DNA from: an uncultured bacterium
GTDB lineage: Bacteria; Bacillota; Clostridia; Christensenellales; CAG-917
Assembly (NCBI GenBank): GCA_949432885.1
Contig: CASQXY010000001.1
Span: 46,793-110,792 of the forward strand
Direction: 5' to 3'
DNA length: 64,000 nucleotides
In this document: piece by piece, positions 18,611-28,796 of the stretch
Layout of the letters: the number at the start of each line of letters is the position of its first letter
Position numbering within the stretch: position 1 is the first letter of the stretch
Made by a program: the position numbers and the translations under genes
Notes under the pieces: model-generated
The model's input: only the letters and a program-made list of their open reading frames with translations
Told to the model about the DNA's origin: nothing
Databases searched by the model: none

Positions 18611-18700
18611 AATTACCTCCGAAAGTACTTTGTGATTTTAGCATAACGCCGAAGTTTTTGCAAGCGTTTTTCGATTAATTATATATAAAGTCCAAACAAA

Positions 18701-18730
18701 GTCACAATTATATCTCCCGTTACATATAAT
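18701..18730 (+). promoter_or_regulatory. SigK/SigE-like sporulation promoter
   Basis: GTCACA-16 nt-CATATAAT. Confidence 0.55.
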
Positions 18731-18753
18731 GGGCAAAAAAGCACGGAGGCAGT

Positions 18754-19236
18754 ATGGAAATATTCAAATTCGCAAGCGATTTGCCCTATCCCGAAATAGA
18801 GGTCTCGCAAAATATATCTCAGTCAAAGCTGTTGATGCCGAGTTATGCAGGCGCGGGCGGCGAGCTTACAGCCATACTTACGTACAGCTTTCAGAGCTAT
18901 ACAGGTTCCAAATACCCCGATATAGCGCGGACTATCAGCGGAATAGCTAGAACGGAAATGCACCACCACGAGTTGCTGGGCACGACTATATGCAAGCTCG
19001 GCGGCTATCCCGTAATGGGAGCGCGCACGTATTGGAACGGCAGCTTTGTAAATTACACCCTCGACCCAAGAAAATATCTGCAGCAGAATATCATGGCGGA
19101 AGAAGCGGCGATAATGAATTACGAACGCACTATACTCAATCTCAGTGAGGAGAGCGTAAAAATGCTGTTGGAGCGCATTATCCTCGACGAGGAAATACAT
19201 ATAAACATCTTCAAGGAGCTACTCAAAATCCTGTAA
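18754..19236 (+). CDS. Ferritin-like / manganese-catalase-like di-metal protein (CotJC-like)
   Basis: ELTAILTY, EMHH, E..A...Y and DEEIH di-metal ligands; SD GGAGG. Confidence 0.8.
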   Translation: MEIFKFASDLPYPEIEVSQNISQSKLLMPSYAGAGGELTAILTYSFQSYTGSKYPDIARTISGIARTEMHHHELLGTTICKLGGYPVMGARTYWNGSFVNYTLDPRKYLQQNIMAEEAAIMNYERTILNLSEESVKMLLERIILDEEIHINIFKELLKIL

Positions 19237-19294
19237 ATAACCTGACAAAATGCAAAAAACCGATTTAAAACAGCGGAATAGGCGTTATAAACGT

Positions 19295-19723
19295 CTATTC
19301 CGTGATATAAGCATAAATTTTCGGAAGCGCTTCGCAAATAAATACGTAAGCCTTTTCGTAGGCGTCAGCGCCTAATCCGAACGGGTCTTCCAAATCAGCT
19401 CCGCATATGTCCGAAAGCGACGCTACGCCGAATACCCTGCCGTACTCTCTTTCTATAAACTCCGCGTGCCTGCGCTCTGCGCAGATTATGACGTCGGCGC
19501 TTTGCACCGTCCGCCTGTCACAAAAGCGCGATAAGTGCTCCGCATGAGGTACCGAATGCCTATCGAGCACATCGGCAGCTTCCTTTGAAATGGGCTTTTT
19601 ATGCCGCATAACTCCCGCGCTGTCGACCGTCACTTGTCCGTCGTCCGCGAGGTAGTTTTCAAACATAAATTTCATCATCGGACTGCGGCAGGTATTGCCC
19701 GTGCAAACAAACAGCACTCTCAT
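19295..19723 (-). CDS. ywlE: Low-molecular-weight protein (arginine) phosphatase
   Basis: CTGNTCRS P-loop, DSAG and EDPF motifs; follows tsaC as in Bacillus. Confidence 0.85.
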   Translation of the reverse strand: MRVLFVCTGNTCRSPMMKFMFENYLADDGQVTVDSAGVMRHKKPISKEAADVLDRHSVPHAEHLSRFCDRRTVQSADVIICAERRHAEFIEREYGRVFGVASLSDICGADLEDPFGLGADAYEKAYVFICEALPKIYAYITE

Positions 19724-20709
19724 ACGCTTTTCCCGCCCGCGGCTTTTTTTACGCGGTTCATTACGGACTGTTCCAATCCGCCGCCGTGCAATTCCTCTAT
19801 TATGATATATCCGTATTTCTTTTCGGCGTCGTGCAAAGCTCCGTAAATATTCCGTGTATAATCCTCCGCGGTGATTCCCAGCGAAATAAGCTCGCGCGAA
19901 GAAATCTTATCCCTGTATATATCGCGTGCTATGATGACGGGATTTCTGCCCTGCGCTTCGGCTTTGTCATATTCCGAAACCGCGCTTTCTATACTCTTGG
20001 CACTGACAGTATCCACTATCGGCGCATAGTGCGTATATTTCATGCCCGGAGCTTTTGCGACTTTTATCACCCTGCCGTTCTCGCTCACCTCTCCTACTAT
20101 GTCCAATAGCATTTCTGCGGTTATCGCGCCAGGTCTTAATATCGTAGGTATATCCGAAGTCAGGTCCAGCACGGTGCTTTCTATGCCCACAGAGCATTCT
20201 CCGCCGTCGAGAATGAGAGGCACTTCGCCTGCCAAATCCTCGTAAACGTGCGCGGCAGTCGTAGGGGAAATATGCTTAGAGCGGTTTGCTGACGGCGCGG
20301 CAAGCGGATACGACTTTGCGATAAGCTCTCTTGCATATTCGTTATCGGGCATACGCACGCCCACGGTATCCCCTCCCGCAGTAACCGCATCGGGAATTTT
20401 GCGGCTCTTTTTGAGAATTGCAGTAAGCGGTCCCGGCATAAATTTCTCCGCCAGCCTGTAAAAGCCGTCGGGGATGTCAACGGCGATATTCTCTATTTCG
20501 TCCAATGAGGAAATATGCACAATAAGAGGATTATCTTGCGGTCTTCCCTTCGCCTCGAATATCTTTGCGACCGCCTCTTTGTCAAAAGCATTGGCGCCGA
20601 GTCCGTAAACGGTTTCCGTCGGGAATACAACGAGCTCGCCGCGCTTTATAAGCGCGGCGGCTTCGTCAATCGCAATATTCGCACTTTTGATTTGAGTAGT
20701 CATTGTCAT
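19720..20709 (-). CDS. tsaC: Threonylcarbamoyl-AMP synthase (Sua5/YwlC)
   Basis: FPTETVYGLG, KGRPQDNPLIVH, APSAN and APGMKYTHYAP motifs. Confidence 0.96.
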   Translation of the reverse strand: MTMTTQIKSANIAIDEAAALIKRGELVVFPTETVYGLGANAFDKEAVAKIFEAKGRPQDNPLIVHISSLDEIENIAVDIPDGFYRLAEKFMPGPLTAILKKSRKIPDAVTAGGDTVGVRMPDNEYARELIAKSYPLAAPSANRSKHISPTTAAHVYEDLAGEVPLILDGGECSVGIESTVLDLTSDIPTILRPGAITAEMLLDIVGEVSENGRVIKVAKAPGMKYTHYAPIVDTVSAKSIESAVSEYDKAEAQGRNPVIIARDIYRDKISSRELISLGITAEDYTRNIYGALHDAEKKYGYIIIEELHGGGLEQSVMNRVKKAAGGKSV

Positions 20710-22607
20710 ACAAGCCTGTACACGGAGTACACCACGTTGTTCTTTTCGCCTATTTTTTCAAAAACGAACACGTCGCTCGGCGAGTTGCTCGGCGCGTACA
20801 GCAAGCTTCCGCCCGCCATTTTAGCCTCTATAATAACGTTTTTCTCAGCGTTGGGATTGAAACTCTTGACGCCGTAATAATAAGTGCCCTCTATTTTTTC
20901 CCAATACATATAGCAGCCTATTTTGTAAATAAGAGTGCTAACGGGGTTTTTAGCTTCTTGGTCCTTATTTGTTGAGGCTATGTCCGCAAGCGGCTTGGAG
21001 CCGTCCGAAAGCCGTTCTATCTCCTTACCGTCCACGCCCAGAACGAACATTTCTTCCACGTTGTCGCTGTTATAACGCGAGCCTACGGTGTACGCTCCGC
21101 GGAACGCGGACAGAGAGGTATACTTAAACGGAATAACCTCCTTTCCGTAAACGTTAAATGCACCGTACAGCACGTCGTTTTTATCGTTGGGGTCTGTGAC
21201 GGAAGCTACAATCATATTGTTCGACAGCTCTTGACGCAAAACGGTGGAGCGCTCGTTGAAGCCGACCTGCTTTCCGTTTCCGTCGTAAATATTCACCTGA
21301 CTGGGAGAGAGAGGAATATAATAATAGCCGTCCACATTTGACATAATCAAATCGTAGTATCCTATTTTATCCTTCTTTTGGTCCTTTATCTTTATGCCGT
21401 AATTGCCCGTCAGCGACATAACGATATTCATATCGCCGTCCAAAATAAACTGGTCGTAATACGCTTTTTTGTCCTCCTCTATGGACAGACCGTAGGCGAC
21501 ATAGGTGAAGCCATTGTTGAGATACGTTCTTGTGTCTATACCGTTCTTCGCGGAGTCGTAATAAGCGTTTGACAAGTTGTAAAACACCTTATCGGAATTT
21601 GCCGTATAATCCGAAATGGCGTCGTTGTCGGGGGTGTATATATAGCGGGACATCTTGAAATAGTCCTTTTCCGCTTCGTCATAGTACATATAATCGGCGT
21701 TCTTATCCACCGTCCATTCCTCGTGAATAAAGAATTTTCCGTTGCCTATATACGTAATTTCGCACTCGTAGTCGTCCTGTCCCATATCCACGAATTTACC
21801 GTTGGAAGTGCCGCTCATGCTTTGCGGATTGCCGTTCGCCGTCTTGGGAATAAGGTAAATACAGTCGCCCACAGCGTTGCCGACTACCGTAACGTAATTG
21901 CCGTCGAAGCCTCTCACCTTATCGAGCGCGTTGCTGTTGTTCGCCACTCTGCAAACAATCTCTCCTCCGTTCTGAGTAGGACGGTATATAGAAGTAAATT
22001 CGGGCGCGCCGTTCCTGTCGTAGATATGATGCACGGCAATCAGTCCGCTGTCGAGAATCTTTATCATATTATCGATATTCACCGAATCCATCGCTTCCTT
22101 GAAATGAGTTCTCGAAAGCACGGTTTTACCGTACAAGTCGAAAGCGCCAAGCGTATTGTCGTTGAATCTGCAAACTATAAGTCCGTCCTTTATACGCAAC
22201 GCCGATATGCCCAGTGAAATCGGGAAAAGCATGCCCTTCATAAGACCTGTAAAATACTCGTTGTTATCGCCGCATTTTACGACAGACAGCGTTCCCGAAG
22301 CCGTATGCTTGACTATAAACGCATTCGCCGATTTGGAATAGCCTACGTCGCTGTACAGAGAAGTAGGTTTGTTCTTTTCGGAAGTTGTCGATTTTCTGGA
22401 ATCGAGGTAGATTTCCCAGCCTGTCGGAAGCGTAAATTCGAGCTCTGACGACGTAAATTCGGCGTCGCTCGTCTCTGCCTTGAATATATCGCCCAGAGAA
22501 TAGCCCTTATCCTTATTGCAAGAAAACAGCAATGCGGACGAGGCGAGCAACGTTGAGGTAACCGCTACGATAGCGACGATTTTTGCAATGAATTTCTTTC
22601 CTTTCAT
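20706..22607 (-). CDS. Large lipoprotein with WG/KWG-like beta repeats, function unknown
   Basis: Signal peptide with lipobox LFSC; YGAFNVYGKEVIPFKY-type repeats; ATGA overlaps with both neighbours. Confidence 0.75.
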   Translation of the reverse strand: MKGKKFIAKIVAIVAVTSTLLASSALLFSCNKDKGYSLGDIFKAETSDAEFTSSELEFTLPTGWEIYLDSRKSTTSEKNKPTSLYSDVGYSKSANAFIVKHTASGTLSVVKCGDNNEYFTGLMKGMLFPISLGISALRIKDGLIVCRFNDNTLGAFDLYGKTVLSRTHFKEAMDSVNIDNMIKILDSGLIAVHHIYDRNGAPEFTSIYRPTQNGGEIVCRVANNSNALDKVRGFDGNYVTVVGNAVGDCIYLIPKTANGNPQSMSGTSNGKFVDMGQDDYECEITYIGNGKFFIHEEWTVDKNADYMYYDEAEKDYFKMSRYIYTPDNDAISDYTANSDKVFYNLSNAYYDSAKNGIDTRTYLNNGFTYVAYGLSIEEDKKAYYDQFILDGDMNIVMSLTGNYGIKIKDQKKDKIGYYDLIMSNVDGYYYIPLSPSQVNIYDGNGKQVGFNERSTVLRQELSNNMIVASVTDPNDKNDVLYGAFNVYGKEVIPFKYTSLSAFRGAYTVGSRYNSDNVEEMFVLGVDGKEIERLSDGSKPLADIASTNKDQEAKNPVSTLIYKIGCYMYWEKIEGTYYYGVKSFNPNAEKNVIIEAKMAGGSLLYAPSNSPSDVFVFEKIGEKNNVVYSVYRLV

Positions 22608-23308
22608 ATGCTCTCCGTAAAATAGTGCGCGCCTATGCGTACACCAAGCATTTGATATACTAGATTTGAAAGCAGAATATTTGCCTTCTGCCTTATGGGG
22701 TGCGGGGCGTCCTCAGTCCCGCCGCCTAAATATGCTCTCGTCATAGCGTCTATCGGAATATCCGTAATACTCTTGCAATGACGGCATACTATCCCGTCCC
22801 TGTCGCTGAAATACGCATCTGCCTCTATGTCGCATTTGCAAACGTTGCAATGCAAAAAATCGAGGGACAATCCGTTGAGGCTTATCACGTCTTTCAAAAA
22901 CGAAGTAATCACGCAGTCCGCGTCCTTGCCGCTATACGCCAAATCAGAAATCGCCGAAAGCGACCTTGCAAGCAGCATGGGCTGCGGCTCCTTGGAGAGC
23001 CTTTCGAGGGATTCCAGTATCATGCATGCGGCATAATACCTTTCGATATCCGCGGTTACCGAAGAAAAGGATTCTATCTGATTGCACTCGGTAATCACAT
23101 ATCTGCCTCCGCTGCCCTGCAAGACGTATTCGCCGAAATTGAACGGTTCCGCGGAATATCTGAGCTTTGCTTTGGGTTTGAGACATCCTCTCGCTGTCGC
23201 GGTGATTTTTCCCGATTCAACGCTGACAAGAGTGACAATCATATCACTCTCTTTGTACGGGACTGCCCTCACGGCTATGGCTTTTACCTTTATCGCGGTT
23301 GCTTGCAT
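22604..23308 (-). CDS. recO: DNA repair protein RecO
   Basis: Y.ESDMIVTL...GKI..ARG OB fold; C..C...C..C zinc finger; after era. Confidence 0.93.
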   Translation of the reverse strand: MQATAIKVKAIAVRAVPYKESDMIVTLVSVESGKITATARGCLKPKAKLRYSAEPFNFGEYVLQGSGGRYVITECNQIESFSSVTADIERYYAACMILESLERLSKEPQPMLLARSLSAISDLAYSGKDADCVITSFLKDVISLNGLSLDFLHCNVCKCDIEADAYFSDRDGIVCRHCKSITDIPIDAMTRAYLGGGTEDAPHPIRQKANILLSNLVYQMLGVRIGAHYFTESI

Positions 23309-23331
23309 ACTCTCAACGCAAGCCGCCGTGT

Positions 23332-23439
23332 TTATTTGCGGTCTGCGTCCTCTTTGCTTTCTTTCATGGAGCGGTACATGCCGTACCACTCTATATCGCC
23401 CGTCTTTTCAAACATTTTCCACAATTCTTTGTCTGTCAT
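23332..23439 (-). CDS. yqzL: YqzL-family small protein
   Basis: MTDKELWKMFEKTGDIEWYGMYR matches the W..F..TG.I..Y..Y pattern; era-yqzL-recO synteny. Confidence 0.85.
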   Translation of the reverse strand: MTDKELWKMFEKTGDIEWYGMYRSMKESKEDADRK

Positions 23440-23473
23440 ACGCTTAGAATGCGTAGTCGGGCGGAATTTATTC
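23440..23473 (-). promoter_or_regulatory. SigG-like promoter abutting the yqzL start (putative leaderless)
   Basis: GAATA-17 nt-CATTCTA-5 nt-ATG, no SD. Confidence 0.5.
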
Positions 23474-23494
23474 ATATTGAATTGATTTTGTATA

Positions 23495-24406
23495 TCAGTC
23501 CTTTTTGAGAGCTCTGAGGTCATAACCCAGCTCTTTCATCAGATACTCGCTGTCTCTCCACTCGTCCTTGACGCGCACGTAGAGGGTGAGAAACACCTTT
23601 TCGCCGACGAGCTGTTCCAAATCCTTTCTCGCCTGCGTCGCAATTTTTTTGAGCATCTCTCCGCCCTTGCCTATGACTATCGCCTTGTGCGACTGCTTTT
23701 CGCATACTATGTCGGCGTCGATATCGCAGATAGGCTGATTTCCCCGCTCCTCAAATTTGTTTATACTAACGCCTATCCCGTATGGCACTTCCTTATCCAA
23801 AAGATACAGCGCCTTTTCTCTTATGATTTCGGTAGCCATAAAACGCATAGAAGACTGAGTATACTCATCCCGCGGATACATAGGCGCGCCCTCGGGGAGC
23901 ATTTCTTTAAGTCGGGTCATAAGCGGTTCCAGATTTTCGCATTTCTTTGCGGATATCGGAACGACGGCTTTTATCCCCTCGACTCCGTTAAGTTTTTGAA
24001 GGGTGACGAACAGCGTCTCTCTCGTGACGGCGTCCTGCTTGTTGAGCGCGACTGCTATCGGAACTTTTTTCGCATTTTTTTCAAGGAACTCGTAATCCTC
24101 CGCCGACATCCCGCGGCTCGCGTCTATGACGTATACGACTCCGTCCACGTCTTTAAGACCGCTTTCCACCGCCTGCATCATATATTCGCCCAAATGGTTC
24201 CTCGCCTTGTGTATGCCGGGAGTATCTATCAAAACCATTTGATAGCCGTCGCCGTTGATTATGCCGAGAAGTTTATTACGCGTAGTCTGCGGTCTCCATG
24301 ACACAATGGACACCTTCTCGCCGACAAGCGCGTTTGTAAGCGTGGATTTTCCCGCGTTTGCAAGACCTGCTATACATATAAATCCTGATTTGAAATTTTC
24401 GTACAT
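23495..24406 (-). CDS. era: GTPase Era
   Basis: GLANAGKSTL, PQTTR, DTPG, NKQD and the KH motif IGKGG. Confidence 0.97.
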   Translation of the reverse strand: MYENFKSGFICIAGLANAGKSTLTNALVGEKVSIVSWRPQTTRNKLLGIINGDGYQMVLIDTPGIHKARNHLGEYMMQAVESGLKDVDGVVYVIDASRGMSAEDYEFLEKNAKKVPIAVALNKQDAVTRETLFVTLQKLNGVEGIKAVVPISAKKCENLEPLMTRLKEMLPEGAPMYPRDEYTQSSMRFMATEIIREKALYLLDKEVPYGIGVSINKFEERGNQPICDIDADIVCEKQSHKAIVIGKGGEMLKKIATQARKDLEQLVGEKVFLTLYVRVKDEWRDSEYLMKELGYDLRALKKD

Positions 24407-24463
24407 CTTATTCCTTCGTATTCCGTAAAACCGTTTATCTATATTTTTACGTCCGTTTATGTT

Positions 24464-24943
24464 TTATACCTGTGCTCCTCGGTTCAGCTTCGCTCTTTTC
24501 ATGATTCTTCTTTGAAGCGACGTCATAATCTCCTCGTCGGAGCTCTCGATATGGTCGTATCCGAGCAGATGTAACAGTCCGTGACAGGCAAGGAAGCCCA
24601 GCTCTCTCGCATAAGAGTGTCCGTATTCCTCCGCCTGCTCCTTGGCTCTTTCCCTGCAAATCATAATGGAGCCGAGCATCACGCGGCTTCCGTCATAATC
24701 GCAGTCCGAAAAACTATCCCGCGGTACAGGCGGCGCAAGCTTTTCAAAGCACGGGAAGCTGAGTACGTCCGTGACCTTATCGATTCCCCTTGCCTCGCCG
24801 TTGAGCCTGCGGATAGTTTCGCCGTCCGACACGGTCAAATCGACAGTGAAAAAATCGTCCTGTTCAAGCTCTGCAAAGCATGCTCTGCACACCCTGCGTA
24901 TAAGGAATTTTTCCGCAAATGAAGCGCCGCTTATCCGTATCAT
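24464..24943 (-). CDS. ybeY: rRNA maturation RNase YbeY
   Basis: TDVLSFP and HGLLHLLGYDH motifs; start placed just after the pgpH stop. Confidence 0.95.
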   Translation of the reverse strand: MIRISGASFAEKFLIRRVCRACFAELEQDDFFTVDLTVSDGETIRRLNGEARGIDKVTDVLSFPCFEKLAPPVPRDSFSDCDYDGSRVMLGSIMICRERAKEQAEEYGHSYARELGFLACHGLLHLLGYDHIESSDEEIMTSLQRRIMKRAKLNRGAQV

Positions 24944-24945
24944 AT

Positions 24946-26436
24946 TCAACTGCGCGCGCGGCGTTTTTTCTTGTCGTAGTCGATACGTCCGTGGTGAATA
25001 GACGCAAGCGATTCCATGACCGTCTTTTTGATAATAGCGATATCGCCGAGCGTTATCGGGCACTCGTCAAACTGTTTCAGCCGCACCTTATCGTCCACAA
25101 GCATATCTATGCGCTTCTCGTACGCGTCTCTCGTTTCGGGTATATAGGAGCGTATCGCCGCTTCGACCGTGTCGCATATCATAATAATCGCGGCAATTTT
25201 GGTCTGCGGCTTGGGTCCCGCATAAGTATAATTATCCTGCGCCAAATTGCCCTCTTCCTTTAAGTTCAGCGCTTTATTGAAGAAGTAGCTTACTGGCGCG
25301 GTGCCGTGATGCTGCCTGCAAATCTCCACGATTTCTGACGGCAGACGGTTTTGCTTGGCAAGTATTTCGCCGAAAAGCGTATGCGAAGTTATCATACTTA
25401 CGCTGACTTCGGGGATAAGCTCGTCGTGCGGATTGTAGTCGGACTGGTTTTCACTGAAATACAACGGAGCTTTGAGCTTGCCGATATCGTGATAATAAGC
25501 CGCGCATCTCGCCAAATTGGGGTTTTCGCCTATCGCGGAAGCGCAAGCCTCCGCCAAAGTTCCTACGACCAGCGAATGGTTGAAAGTGCCCGGCGCTTCG
25601 CTCGCAAGCCTTTTGAGAAGCGGATTGGAAAGATTGCACAGTTCACTCAGTCTGAAATCGTCAGCGATATTGAACACTCCCTCGAACAGAACCACAAAGG
25701 GCATAAACAACAGCGCCGCCACCACGTCCGCGCCGTAGGAATAAAGCACTTTCCACAGGATGTCAATCGTAACGTCGCCCATTGCAATCGCCGTCATTAT
25801 GACGAGAGGCTGAACCGCAAGCGGCACAAGCAACGCGACGAGAAGAAATTTGAACCTCGTATAATGCTTTCTCGCAAAAAACGCGACTACGCAGGCGCTC
25901 AGCGAATTGCATATAACGCCCGAAGCGACAAGAGCCATATCGTATTCCTTAATTCCGCTTGAAAACAAAAAGGATATCGCAATAAGCACGCCCGTAACCG
26001 CAACCGTGAGCATAGAAGAACGCACGTCCATAATTTCCAGCACTACGAGCGCCGCAAAAGCTATCGGCATTGCGTACATATTCCAGACGGTGCTGCCCGT
26101 TATCGATAAGACGACGGAAATAGTCAGAGTCACGACCGCTATCCAAAAATTGCGCACGTTCTTCTCGCCGCCGAGATGCATGCTGTAAATGCTGAGCATA
26201 AAAATCACCATCAGAATGAAAGTGACGATAAACCGCCCTGCGGTGATTGCTGCATACTCGGGTGTGAAAGCCCGTGCAAAGTCGCTTACCATGAGTATCG
26301 CAAACAGCGTAATCAGCGCGGTAGATACGAAAACGCCCGATATACATTTGCCGAAATAGGAGAGAAAACGTTTTCTCGCCTCTTGCTTAGCCGTTTCGCT
26401 GTAAGACAAATCAGTCACATTGTCTATCATATCCAA
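24946..26436 (-). CDS. pgpH: 7TM-HDIG c-di-AMP phosphodiesterase (PgpH/YqfF-like), short form
   Basis: Multiple TM helices, then APGTFNHS, YYHDIGK, F.ENQ, NPHD, QHHGT, Y.GPKPQ and D..EAA; phoH-pgpH-ybeY synteny. Confidence 0.88.
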   Translation of the reverse strand: MDMIDNVTDLSYSETAKQEARKRFLSYFGKCISGVFVSTALITLFAILMVSDFARAFTPEYAAITAGRFIVTFILMVIFMLSIYSMHLGGEKNVRNFWIAVVTLTISVVLSITGSTVWNMYAMPIAFAALVVLEIMDVRSSMLTVAVTGVLIAISFLFSSGIKEYDMALVASGVICNSLSACVVAFFARKHYTRFKFLLVALLVPLAVQPLVIMTAIAMGDVTIDILWKVLYSYGADVVAALLFMPFVVLFEGVFNIADDFRLSELCNLSNPLLKRLASEAPGTFNHSLVVGTLAEACASAIGENPNLARCAAYYHDIGKLKAPLYFSENQSDYNPHDELIPEVSVSMITSHTLFGEILAKQNRLPSEIVEICRQHHGTAPVSYFFNKALNLKEEGNLAQDNYTYAGPKPQTKIAAIIMICDTVEAAIRSYIPETRDAYEKRIDMLVDDKVRLKQFDECPITLGDIAIIKKTVMESLASIHHGRIDYDKKKRRARS

Positions 26437-26488
26437 ATTGCGAGCCCTAAGCTCTTCTCCGTTAGATTGCGTATTTTATACCGCCGAA

Positions 26489-27451
26489 TCAGCGGTTTTT
26501 ATCCTCTTTTTCAAAGCGCTCGTACGCTTCTATAATTCTTGTGACAAGCTCGTGTCTGACGACGTCCTTTGCGGTTAGGCGGACGATATCGATGCCCTTA
26601 ACGTCTTTCAGAACTTCGAGCGCGTGCTTCATTCCGCTGGTCACGCTCGACGGCAAATCTATCTGCGTAACGTCGCCCGTAACCACGACTTTACTGTTTT
26701 CGCCCATACGCGTCAAAAACATCTTCATCTGCTCTTTCGTAGCGTTCTGCGCCTCGTCGAGTATGATAAAGGAGTTTGAAAGCGTACGTCCACGCATATA
26801 TGCGAGAGGCGCGATTTCAAGCTCGCCTCTTTCCACAAGCCTTATATGCGCGTCCGCTCCCAGCATATCCTGCAAAGCGTCGAAAAGAGGTCTCAAATAC
26901 GGATCGACCTTTTCATTGAGGTCTCCCGGCAAGAATCCCAGCTTTTCGCCTGCCTCGACCGCGGGTCTTGTCAGTATTATTCTGCTTACCTTGCGCTTTT
27001 TCAGCGCATAAACAGCAAGCGCAACCGCAAGATACGTCTTGCCTGTGCCGGCGGGTCCCACTCCGAAGACCACGCTGTTTTTCTCAATCGCGTCGACGTA
27101 CTTCCTTTGCCCGAGAGTTTTCGGCGTAATAACCTTTCCGCTCGCGGTGATTGCCACAGGTCTGAGTATACCGTCTATATCGATTTCCTCGCCGCTTTTC
27201 GCGCCGTCCATAATCATATTGAGCTGAGCGGGCAAAACCGTCTGTCTGCGAGCAAGCTCGCCGAGCGCGTTCAGAGCGTTCAAAGTCTTATCTACGCCGT
27301 CCTCTTCTCCGATAATTTTCACGACCCTGTCGGAAATCAATATATCGACGCAAAACTCGCTCTTGATTGCGTTTATGTTTGCGTCCAGTTCGCCGAATAC
27401 GCCGCGCAACTCCTCATAGTTGTCGAAACTCTTTTCCTTTGTCACCTTCAT
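26489..27451 (-). CDS. phoH: PhoH-family ATPase
   Basis: GPAGTGKT, LTRPAVEAGE.LGFLPG, RGRTL and DEAQN motifs. Confidence 0.96.
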   Translation of the reverse strand: MKVTKEKSFDNYEELRGVFGELDANINAIKSEFCVDILISDRVVKIIGEEDGVDKTLNALNALGELARRQTVLPAQLNMIMDGAKSGEEIDIDGILRPVAITASGKVITPKTLGQRKYVDAIEKNSVVFGVGPAGTGKTYLAVALAVYALKKRKVSRIILTRPAVEAGEKLGFLPGDLNEKVDPYLRPLFDALQDMLGADAHIRLVERGELEIAPLAYMRGRTLSNSFIILDEAQNATKEQMKMFLTRMGENSKVVVTGDVTQIDLPSSVTSGMKHALEVLKDVKGIDIVRLTAKDVVRHELVTRIIEAYERFEKEDKNR

Positions 27452-27488
27452 TCTTCACTTCCGATATCGCGGATAACCGCTTATGTAC

Positions 27489-28796
27489 TCAGGATATGAT
27501 TTCCTCCGCCTCGACGGTTACGGTCACATAAACTCCCCCGTCGGCATGCGCGGTATCGTAGTATACGTCAAGCACTTTGAGAGGCTCGCGGAACTCGGAT
27601 ACGATATCCGAATATACGCTCGCTTTCATCTCTTCTTCCGTCAGCTCGTTGGGACGCTCCGTTATCTTAACCTCGCGGAACTCGTAGGTATATATCGAAA
27701 ACGGAAGCATAAACCCGAGATTGCTCACGCTAGTTTCCAGCTCGTAGTGCTCGAAAGGGCTATTGGGAGTTTTCGGAACTATGCCGAACATCGAGAGCTT
27801 GGTTATCCTCTTGACCGCCGTTACCTCCGTCACGCTGAGCACGTCCGAAAAAAACACCGTCTTTTTGTGATATACCTTGCCGTAAACGAGTCCTCTCGCT
27901 TCGACGTCAAGTTTTTCGTCTCCGTAAAGCACATATCCGTCTATAAGCGAATCGCCGGGTCTTACGACGTCGCCGTAGCTCACCGCCGCGGTGCCGCCCT
28001 CTACTATCACCCTCGTTACGACGGCGGTTTTCTTCGATACGACTGCGGAGCCGGAAATTTCAACAAGATAGTCGTTTGAAAGCTCGCGCCGTACGGCGAC
28101 CTCTATATGCGTGCCCTTCCTCTGTACGCTTGCGTATGAAATGCCTTCAAGCGCAAGAAGTCGTTTTTCCACTCCGCCGCAGTCGAGTGCCGGCAGCCAG
28201 TTTCCCTCTTTTGCGCCGTACTCGGATAGTATGCCGAGTATCTTGGCGTTTAATGCGTTGTCTACTGTCTGTCCGTATGCGCCGTCCGCCATACTTACGT
28301 TTATGCTTGTCACAAAACGCGGATATATGCCGAGGCCGATTATGACGCATATCGCTCCTGCCGCAAACCCCAGCCTCGCAAGAAGATTTATCGCAAACGG
28401 AATCGCGCCCGATACTCTTATTATTTTATAATCATAGCATAAATTATCTAATAGTGCAATAATTTCTCTTCTATGTTTTGACGGGACTTCAAAACTCACT
28501 CCGCCGTCCGATATAACCACGTTTTTAACCTTGCATATCTTAGACAGCGCACCAAGAGCTTTTACGCCGTTTCTGCCTTTTACGAGAATGCCCGTAAATC
28601 CGAAAGAGGACGAGATTTTTCTCATCCTGCGCGTATATCCGAACGATTGGGAAAATGACGGAGCGGCACTCTTTTTTTCACTTTGCCGTCCGCCTTTGTT
28701 TTTTGCGGCTTTACCCGTTCTGCGCTCTACGACAAGACCGTCGCTTAAATTGTCATTTTCGATATCTAATTCGGTAGATTTGCGTCTTTTACTCAA
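27489..28796 (-). CDS. yqfD: Stage IV sporulation protein YqfD
   Basis: TM helix, POTRA-like region, G...V..GDVV.PG..LI.G and V.ARG.VYG motifs; yqfC-yqfD-phoH synteny. TTG start behind GGAGG. Confidence 0.85.
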   Translation of the reverse strand: MSKRRKSTELDIENDNLSDGLVVERRTGKAAKNKGGRQSEKKSAAPSFSQSFGYTRRMRKISSSFGFTGILVKGRNGVKALGALSKICKVKNVVISDGGVSFEVPSKHRREIIALLDNLCYDYKIIRVSGAIPFAINLLARLGFAAGAICVIIGLGIYPRFVTSINVSMADGAYGQTVDNALNAKILGILSEYGAKEGNWLPALDCGGVEKRLLALEGISYASVQRKGTHIEVAVRRELSNDYLVEISGSAVVSKKTAVVTRVIVEGGTAAVSYGDVVRPGDSLIDGYVLYGDEKLDVEARGLVYGKVYHKKTVFFSDVLSVTEVTAVKRITKLSMFGIVPKTPNSPFEHYELETSVSNLGFMLPFSIYTYEFREVKITERPNELTEEEMKASVYSDIVSEFREPLKVLDVYYDTAHADGGVYVTVTVEAEEIIS

